Under the pieces are notes generated by a model, which saw only the letters and a list, made by a program, of their open reading frames with translations, searched no databases and was not told the DNA's origin. Below, in pieces: positions 58,141 through 64,000 of a DNA stretch of 64,000 bases. The stretch is from IMG/VR virus record IMGVR_UViG_3300022888_000583; one strand, given 5' to 3'. Made by a program: the position numbers and the translations under genes. The DNA comes from a virus. The stretch's first letter is position 1. The number at the start of each line of letters is the position of its first letter.

Positions 58141-58419
58141 ATGAATGAACATAAGGATTCTATGCAGGACGACGAACGTAAACAATTAAACGAACAGGTA
58201 GGGCACATGACCCATAAAGAAGTTGATGTTATGGAGAACACCCCTGAACTGTTTGAATATTTGTACGGGAATATCACAATGGGGACATTCAGTAAATTGA
58301 AGAAATTAAAAAGGTTATCAAAAAGTCCAAACGAAAACGAAGCATTCAGAGCATACAGAAAATGTCTGAAATTGTGTGAGCAATACAACGTGGAGTTTGA
58401 CAAAATACCAACAGGATAA
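58141..58419 (+). CDS. hypothetical protein (92 aa)
   Basis: ORF. Confidence 0.4.
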   Translation: MNEHKDSMQDDERKQLNEQVGHMTHKEVDVMENTPELFEYLYGNITMGTFSKLKKLKRLSKSPNENEAFRAYRKCLKLCEQYNVEFDKIPTG

Positions 58420-58423
58420 AATA

Positions 58424-58813
58424 ATGAGAACACCAATATTATCATTGACTAAAAAAGATTTCCATATCAGATGGTTTTCAGGTTCTGGTGCCGGTGGCCA
58501 GCATCGTAACAAGTCGGATAACTTGTGTGAAATTACTCACATTGAAAGTGGGATCAAACAAAAATGCACCGCCCACAAATCAAGAGAACAGAATAAGAAG
58601 GAAGCATTCAAGAATCTATGTGCCAAGCCAGAGTTCAAATTATGGTTGGCAAAAAAGACTGGAACGTATGTTGAAGTCAAACGAGATATGGATGTTGTTA
58701 GAAATTACAACTATGGCCGCAATGAAGTGAAAGACCATAGGACAGGCAAGAAATACAAACTAGACAAAATCCTAAAAGGTGAACTAGACCAAATTAGGAA
58801 AGACTACAGATAA
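58424..58813 (+). CDS. arfB: GGQ-motif peptidyl-tRNA hydrolase domain protein (ArfB/YaeJ-like ribosome rescue factor)
   Basis: FSGSGAGGQHRNK is the GGQ motif of class-I release factors and ArfB; ~129 aa; basic C-terminal tail. Confidence 0.6.
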   Translation: MRTPILSLTKKDFHIRWFSGSGAGGQHRNKSDNLCEITHIESGIKQKCTAHKSREQNKKEAFKNLCAKPEFKLWLAKKTGTYVEVKRDMDVVRNYNYGRNEVKDHRTGKKYKLDKILKGELDQIRKDYR

Positions 58814-58822
58814 GGAAATGTT

Positions 58823-59101
58823 ATGAAATTATTACCAAACAATGATCGGGTATTGGTGCGAGTAGAGCTACCAGAGGAAGTTACAGAATCGGGATTAATC
58901 ATTCCACAAAGTGCACAGGAAAATGTTTCCCGTGGCATCATTGAGGAACTAGGCAAAGATGTACATAGTAGCGATGGTGAAGACGTATTACAAAAAGGCG
59001 TCACCGTGGTATATGAAAAATTCAAAGGAACAGAAGTCGAACACGAAGGTACAAAATATATTGTATTGCGTGAAGAAGACATTGCAGCAGTACTAAGGTA
59101 A
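58823..59101 (+). CDS. groS: co-chaperonin GroES (Cpn10)
   Basis: 92 aa; LPNNDRVLVRVELPEEVTESGLIIP...GTKYIVLREEDIAAVL fits the GroES pattern. Confidence 0.7.
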   Translation: MKLLPNNDRVLVRVELPEEVTESGLIIPQSAQENVSRGIIEELGKDVHSSDGEDVLQKGVTVVYEKFKGTEVEHEGTKYIVLREEDIAAVLR

Positions 59102-59104
59102 GCC

Positions 59105-59671
59105 ATGACTTGCATAGTAGGGATGGTAGATAAGAAGAACAGGAAGATGTATATGGGCGGTGATTCCGCTGGAGTCTCTGGTCTGGATATTACTGTTAGA
59201 TCGGATGTCAAGGTTTTTAAAAATGGACCCATGCTATTTGGATATACCTCATCATTTAGAATGGGCCAGCTATTAAGATTTAAATTAAAGATTCCCAAGA
59301 ATACTTGTAAAGATGATTATGAATATATGTGTACCACTTTCGTAGATGCGGTTAGGGAAGTATTCAAAGATAATGGATATTCACATGTAAATAATAATGA
59401 GGAAACCGGCGGAACATTCTTGGTGGCATACAAGGGAAAAATATATTCTGTACAAAATGATTTCCAAGTTGGAATGAGCATGGAGGAATATGACAGTTGT
59501 GGATGTGGTAAGTATTATGCATTGGGTTCATTGGATAGTACACGCTTCAATGATTTTGGAAAAGTGCATACTATAAAAATACCACATCAAGTGAACACCG
59601 CTCTCATGGTAGCGGCATACAGAAGTGGTGGAGTAAGAGCTCCATTTATTGTTATAGATAAAGGTTATTAA
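59105..59671 (+). CDS. HslV / proteasome-beta-like Ntn peptidase
   Basis: N-terminus MTCIVGMVDKKNRKMYMGGDSAG parallels HslV [21 protein letters not shown]; 188 aa. Confidence 0.5.
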   Translation: MTCIVGMVDKKNRKMYMGGDSAGVSGLDITVRSDVKVFKNGPMLFGYTSSFRMGQLLRFKLKIPKNTCKDDYEYMCTTFVDAVREVFKDNGYSHVNNNEETGGTFLVAYKGKIYSVQNDFQVGMSMEEYDSCGCGKYYALGSLDSTRFNDFGKVHTIKIPHQVNTALMVAAYRSGGVRAPFIVIDKGY

Positions 59672-59672
59672 G

Positions 59673-60056
59673 ATGGGAATGTACACCGAATTCAAATTCG
59701 ATGCAAAATTAAAAAAAGATACACCAATCGGCGTTATAGGCATATTGGAATATATGATGAACTGGGATAGGGATATTACTAACATATTGCCAGCACATGA
59801 ATTTTTTCAATGTGATAGATGGAGCATGTTATTCAGATGCAACAGTGCATATTTCGATACTCCAGAAGTTCCAGAGATACAAGAAATTAATGGGCAGTAT
59901 CAATTGTCCGTACACTCCAGCTTAAAGAATTACGGCAGTGAAATAAGTAATTTCTTAGATTGGATTGATCCGTATCTGGACGAGCCAACTGGTAAAGTGA
60001 TTGGTCATCATCAATACGAAGAAGACGAATATTTAACTTGGTCAATTAAAAAATAA
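59673..60056 (+). CDS. hypothetical protein (127 aa)
   Basis: ORF. Confidence 0.4.
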   Translation: MGMYTEFKFDAKLKKDTPIGVIGILEYMMNWDRDITNILPAHEFFQCDRWSMLFRCNSAYFDTPEVPEIQEINGQYQLSVHSSLKNYGSEISNFLDWIDPYLDEPTGKVIGHHQYEEDEYLTWSIKK

Positions 60057-60090
60057 AGCTTGACTTTGTCAATATAATCTTGTAGATTAA
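60050..60090 (+). promoter_or_regulatory. copy 19 (partial) of the promoter motif, plus orientation
   Basis: AAAGCTTGACTTTGTCAATATAATCTTGTAGATTAAAAGG. Confidence 0.5.
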
Positions 60091-60102
60091 AAGGTACAGA
60101 AA

Positions 60103-60354
60103 ATGAACGATAAATGGGATTACACCAAAATTAAATATTACATTGATTGCGAGGGTCGTATATGGTCTGGCCCATTTCCAGCAGTTAATAATTACCATTA
60201 TAAAACTGGAGACGTATTTGCCAGTTCAGATGTACCAGCTTATTGTGCAGAAATTACACCATTACAAGCCGCAGAATTAATGCGAGACTTGGATGTTATA
60301 TTAGAAGAGGATAATGAAGATGAATATCAAAGTGACGATAACATGCCATTCTAG
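60103..60354 (+). CDS. hypothetical protein (83 aa)
   Basis: ORF. Confidence 0.4.
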   Translation: MNDKWDYTKIKYYIDCEGRIWSGPFPAVNNYHYKTGDVFASSDVPAYCAEITPLQAAELMRDLDVILEEDNEDEYQSDDNMPF

Positions 60355-60363
60355 GATATCACA

Positions 60364-60675
60364 ATGAAATCATATTGTGGAGATTGTAAATATTTAACCT
60401 ATGTAATGGACTATGGATCATTATCCATACACAATACAAAACCGGCTTGCAAGGCCGTTCTTAACTGCAGGGTCACAGACAACTGGAAACAAACCGGAAA
60501 TGTAACTCAATATGGTGATCCAAAAATAGACAACAAAGACAACGATTGCAACGCGTTTCGATATCCACGGAAACATTGGATTAAACAGAAAAGGCGTGAC
60601 AAAGCTATTAAGCTGGAAATGCAGAATGCCGCATTGCAAAAAGAAAATGATAATATTATGGAGCAGGACGATTGA
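60364..60675 (+). CDS. Cys-rich small protein (103 aa), paralog of 56013..56330, ending NIMEQDD
   Basis: See 56013..56330. Confidence 0.45.
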   Translation: MKSYCGDCKYLTYVMDYGSLSIHNTKPACKAVLNCRVTDNWKQTGNVTQYGDPKIDNKDNDCNAFRYPRKHWIKQKRRDKAIKLEMQNAALQKENDNIMEQDD

Positions 60676-61589
60676 AAAAATATTTTATTACATTTGGAAA
60701 TGGTCAATTTACCAAACAGCGGGATCGGGTTGCCTTAGAAGCAATGGAAACGAAATGGTTCGATGAAATCATTGTGGAGTCTCCAGAAACTATTAAAGAT
60801 TTTATTAATTTACATGATCAATTTTTTAAGAATAATAACAGAGGTTTTGGGTATTGGTTATGGAAGCCATATATTATTTTTAGACAACTCAATAAAATGT
60901 CAGCTGGCGATTGTTTATTTTATACCGACGCTGGGGCGAGCATATTACCACATAGGGAAAACCGATTTAATGAATATGTTGAAATGTTAAAACAATCAAA
61001 CACCCCAATACTCGCATTTTCTGGCAATGTTTACTATGAACGGCAGTTTCAAAAAATGCAAACCCTGAAACGATTTGATCTTCACAATGACGATTCTTTT
61101 CTCAAAAGTCCACAGATTGAAAGTGGTGTAATCGCATTTAAAAAATCAGAATATACTATGGACGTTGTTAAGAAATGGTTGGACGTGGTGGTGGAAAATA
61201 ATTATATATATGTCAATGATACCATTTCAGATGAACACGAAGAATTTATTGACAACAGGCATGACCAATCAATATTGAGTATATTATGCAAACTCAATTC
61301 GGCACATATGCTTGTAGAAGATGCATATGGTGAGGGTCCATTTTTCTCAAGTAGACAGACCGATAATGGATTAAGGGATTATGCACCGGATTGGTGGAGA
61401 ATGGAACTCGATTATTTGGGCCTTAAAAAGCACCCATGGATTTATGATTGGTTGGGAAATAAAAAGGCCAGCTGGTGGAAATCCGAATCCGATTACGATG
61501 AAGATAAACATATAACAGAACATGATTATTGTGAATATCGTAGAATAGAATGGTCACTTGGTCATTCACGAAAAAAGTTTAGGATATAG
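60672..61589 (+). CDS. hypothetical protein (305 aa, Trp-rich, every Trp encoded by TGG)
   Basis: Long intact ORF. Confidence 0.5.
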   Translation: MKKYFITFGNGQFTKQRDRVALEAMETKWFDEIIVESPETIKDFINLHDQFFKNNNRGFGYWLWKPYIIFRQLNKMSAGDCLFYTDAGASILPHRENRFNEYVEMLKQSNTPILAFSGNVYYERQFQKMQTLKRFDLHNDDSFLKSPQIESGVIAFKKSEYTMDVVKKWLDVVVENNYIYVNDTISDEHEEFIDNRHDQSILSILCKLNSAHMLVEDAYGEGPFFSSRQTDNGLRDYAPDWWRMELDYLGLKKHPWIYDWLGNKKASWWKSESDYDEDKHITEHDYCEYRRIEWSLGHSRKKFRI

Positions 61590-61592
61590 AAA

Positions 61593-61823
61593 ATGGAAAC
61601 GATTAAAGAAATAGTACAGGACAACTACGCCATACTGGATTACATTTGTGAAGGTAAATTATATTACACAATAGAAACCAAAGAGCATAAATACCAACTT
61701 GAAATCGATAGTTGTGATGACGAATGGAAAGCTGTATATATCAAGCCTGAAATGAAAGCCATATCTCTAATGCGTTGGATACGCAAAGGTATGGATAATG
61801 ACAAATTTATGGAGATTAGATAA
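61593..61823 (+). CDS. hypothetical protein (76 aa)
   Basis: ORF. Confidence 0.4.
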   Translation: METIKEIVQDNYAILDYICEGKLYYTIETKEHKYQLEIDSCDDEWKAVYIKPEMKAISLMRWIRKGMDNDKFMEIR

Positions 61824-62164
61824 TGAAGCAATTAAGTGATTACAACCAATCAATACGAGATATAGAAGAATACTTTAACCTAGACAAAAACACTTTAGGC
61901 AATTATTTAATCGATGACATGAGAGACGAGTACTGGTATTCAGATGGGGATTCAATCAATTGGACCGATGACGAAGAAATGAAACAGCATCAAATCAACG
62001 ATCCGCATTATAGTGAAGAATTAATGCGTAACGGTTTATGTAAAGGTCCTGAATTTACCTTAGTATTTGCTAATTTGCAAATGGGACATAACAGCGAAAT
62101 CGCAATGATATTTAACAACGAAAATGAGATATTTGAAAATGACACAAAACAAGACTCCAATTAA
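61823..62164 (+). CDS. hypothetical protein (113 aa)
   Basis: ORF. Confidence 0.4.
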   Translation: MKQLSDYNQSIRDIEEYFNLDKNTLGNYLIDDMRDEYWYSDGDSINWTDDEEMKQHQINDPHYSEELMRNGLCKGPEFTLVFANLQMGHNSEIAMIFNNENEIFENDTKQDSN

Positions 62165-62468
62165 AGATTTAAAAAGAGATGCATTAAAGCATTATAATAA
62201 CCTGTCAGATATGGCACTGGAATATGATAGCTTTGTGGCAGACGCGATTAAAGCATACAATCCGGAAGGTGGGTGCTCTAACTGTGACGACCTTATAGAA
62301 GCAATGGAACAAGTAATTGCATACCCAGAGGAAGGAAGTCCTCGGCGTACTGATGATGGATACCCATCTGAATTCGCATACGATAGATTCGCATACGAAC
62401 GGGTAGTAGATTCTCTGCGGAATGCCTTGCGGGAAATCATTAAAGAATATGGCACAGATAGAAAGTAA
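62124..62468 (+). CDS. hypothetical protein (114 aa)
   Basis: ORF. Confidence 0.4.
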   Translation: MRYLKMTQNKTPIKDLKRDALKHYNNLSDMALEYDSFVADAIKAYNPEGGCSNCDDLIEAMEQVIAYPEEGSPRRTDDGYPSEFAYDRFAYERVVDSLRNALREIIKEYGTDRK

Positions 62469-62649
62469 AATAATATTCCTAACTGTTACTTGTAGAATAT
62501 GTAATAGTCGTGTACCACCAGGTACTGCAGTTGTAGTACTCAAGGATTTACAATTCAAGGGATATGATACAAATCTATATTTCCACAAAACATGTTGGAA
62601 AAAAGAACTTGAAATAAACGGAGAATGGAAAAGCAATGTCAATGTATAA
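62449..62649 (+). CDS. small zinc-ribbon protein (~66 aa)
   Basis: CRICNS...HKTC. Confidence 0.3.
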   Translation: MAQIESKIIFLTVTCRICNSRVPPGTAVVVLKDLQFKGYDTNLYFHKTCWKKELEINGEWKSNVNV

Positions 62650-62923
62650 ATTTAAGGTCAGCGTTAGTGATTCAATAAGTGGCACTGATTATGAATACAT
62701 TACCGATGGTCATGTATCAATTGCACAGATTAACGAAATCATTAAAAAGGGTTTGGCCGATGCTGGACAACCATATTATTCTGAACAACCTTGTAATGAA
62801 CAACCACTATATACTCCAGATACTCCAATGGGTATGAATAATAGAATTGGGACACTGGAAGAACGAGTAATAGAACTATTAAAATTTAAAGACGAAATGG
62901 AAATGGAGCACGAAGATGGATAA
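62636..62923 (+). CDS. hypothetical protein (95 aa)
   Basis: ORF. Confidence 0.4.
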   Translation: MSMYKFKVSVSDSISGTDYEYITDGHVSIAQINEIIKKGLADAGQPYYSEQPCNEQPLYTPDTPMGMNNRIGTLEERVIELLKFKDEMEMEHEDG

Positions 62924-63107
62924 TCGATATGTACACATTAAAACAACAAAACGACCCAAACGGACAAAGGTTACATGGGTAGAAACAAAAAGCTACTACA
63001 GCAATTATCATTGTCCATCATGTCACACCCAATATCAGGGTGGACTAAACAGAAGCACGACACGCTTCAAATGTGATTGTGGACAGGAACTTATAGTAGA
63101 TGAATAA
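62916..63107 (+). CDS. zinc-ribbon protein (63 aa)
   Basis: CPSCHT...CDCGQ. Confidence 0.4.
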   Translation: MDNRYVHIKTTKRPKRTKVTWVETKSYYSNYHCPSCHTQYQGGLNRSTTRFKCDCGQELIVDE

Positions 63108-63339
63108 AAAGGACGTATTAGTACCACTTGGAAATCACAAGATTCATTGTGCAACCTATACATATAGTCATGCTATCGTGGCTCAGGTTGATCCTTTTAT
63201 CTTATGCTCGGACACAGGCGACATGATATGGTATAATGAGAAACCAAAAGATTTTAAAAAGGTCGGGGTAGCAGACGACATCTCTTGGGAAGCGGTAGTC
63301 GACAGATTTGAATGGGAGGATTTAGAAGATGAAAATTAA
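63100..63339 (+). CDS. hypothetical protein (79 aa)
   Basis: ORF. Confidence 0.4.
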   Translation: MNKKDVLVPLGNHKIHCATYTYSHAIVAQVDPFILCSDTGDMIWYNEKPKDFKKVGVADDISWEAVVDRFEWEDLEDEN

Positions 63340-63580
63340 TACCGCGAATATGGATTATGGTACAAAAATATTAGAGCTTGGTATAAGCATTGACAGCAGA
63401 GATTATCTAGTAACAATATTGAATAATAAACTACATGGATATAGATTGGTCGGAGAATCTTGGAGCATGTGCTTTGAACAAGACATTATACAATTCCGAG
63501 ATAATATAGATAAAATTATAGAAATAAGCAACAACATGATTAAATTGCTAGGTGAAATAGAATCAATGGGAGAACTATAA
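63329..63580 (+). CDS. hypothetical protein (83 aa)
   Basis: ORF. Confidence 0.4.
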   Translation: MKINTANMDYGTKILELGISIDSRDYLVTILNNKLHGYRLVGESWSMCFEQDIIQFRDNIDKIIEISNNMIKLLGEIESMGEL

Positions 63581-63581
63581 A

Positions 63582-63929
63582 ATGAACCACTACAAAGTAG
63601 TATGTAAAGAATGTGAAACAACCATGAGCCAGTGCCGATGTCCATCGGAATCCAAATCCATCAGGTACGACACCTGCCCCAATTGTACTCCGGCTCCATC
63701 TAAATTGCTTCTCGAAAAAGAATACTCGGTCAACCCCAACGACACCGACAAAACTCCACAATCTTGGGAAAGTGAATCGGACGTATGGCACGCCATAAAC
63801 AATCACTTCGGCAATGAATGGGGCGAGGTCGAATTCTACTCCGGGAAAATTAAAGTAACCGTGGAAATTGTCGAGGATAAGGGGTATCCCCAACAGCCAC
63901 ATATAGAAAAAGGAATATTCGATGAGTAA
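63582..63929 (+). CDS. Cys-rich zinc-binding protein (115 aa)
   Basis: CKECETTMSQCRCP...CPNCTP. Confidence 0.4.
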   Translation: MNHYKVVCKECETTMSQCRCPSESKSIRYDTCPNCTPAPSKLLLEKEYSVNPNDTDKTPQSWESESDVWHAINNHFGNEWGEVEFYSGKIKVTVEIVEDKGYPQQPHIEKGIFDE

Positions 63930-64000
63930 AATAATTTTTGAACAACTAGTCGAAGTCAACCCCAAAGACGCTGCAGCGGATTGGCATCCACGTCAACACG
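63922..64000 (+). CDS. hypothetical protein, 5' partial at the window edge
   Basis: ATG at 63922; the ORF is open to the window end. Confidence 0.3.
   Translation, partial: MSKIIFEQLVEVNPKDAAADWHPRQH

Overview
AT-rich window that reads like a huge-phage or megaphage region, though a reduced cellular genome is not excluded. The left ~52 kb is transcribed on the minus strand; the right ~12 kb (52.4-64 kb) on the plus strand as tightly packed small early-like ORFs. Main content: (1) an NAD+ salvage and purine cluster (pncB, nadE, a NUDIX hydrolase, pncA, a GuaC-like reductase) together with groEL and def; (2) a chaperone and protease set (groEL, distant groES, Hsp20, clpP, an HslV-like peptidase); (3) a large tRNA array at ~26.1-33.8 kb plus scattered tRNAs, at least 34 credible tRNA genes in the window, together with a tmRNA and a candidate minimal RNase P RNA; (4) an RNA-repair-like gene set (Rnl1-like RNA ligase, NTase, Tpt1/KptA, two metallophosphatases, an HD hydrolase); (5) a MoxR-type AAA+ ATPase paired with a VWA/HExxH protein; (6) homing endonucleases (GIY-YIG, HNH) and many small hypothetical ORFs. 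A ~48-65 nt motif recurs at least 19 times in both orientations upstream of genes and looks like a phage-specific promoter plus leader. The most striking result is that many minus-strand genes carry in-frame TGA codons at conserved Trp positions (glutaredoxin WCxPC; I-TevI-like FWIKE), so the standard-code ORF track fragments them, whereas the metabolic and plus-strand early genes use only TGG. This fits partial TGA-to-Trp recoding (code-4-like), but no tRNA with a UCA anticodon was found in this window. All tRNA anticodons were read by eye and coordinates may be off by 1-2 nt.
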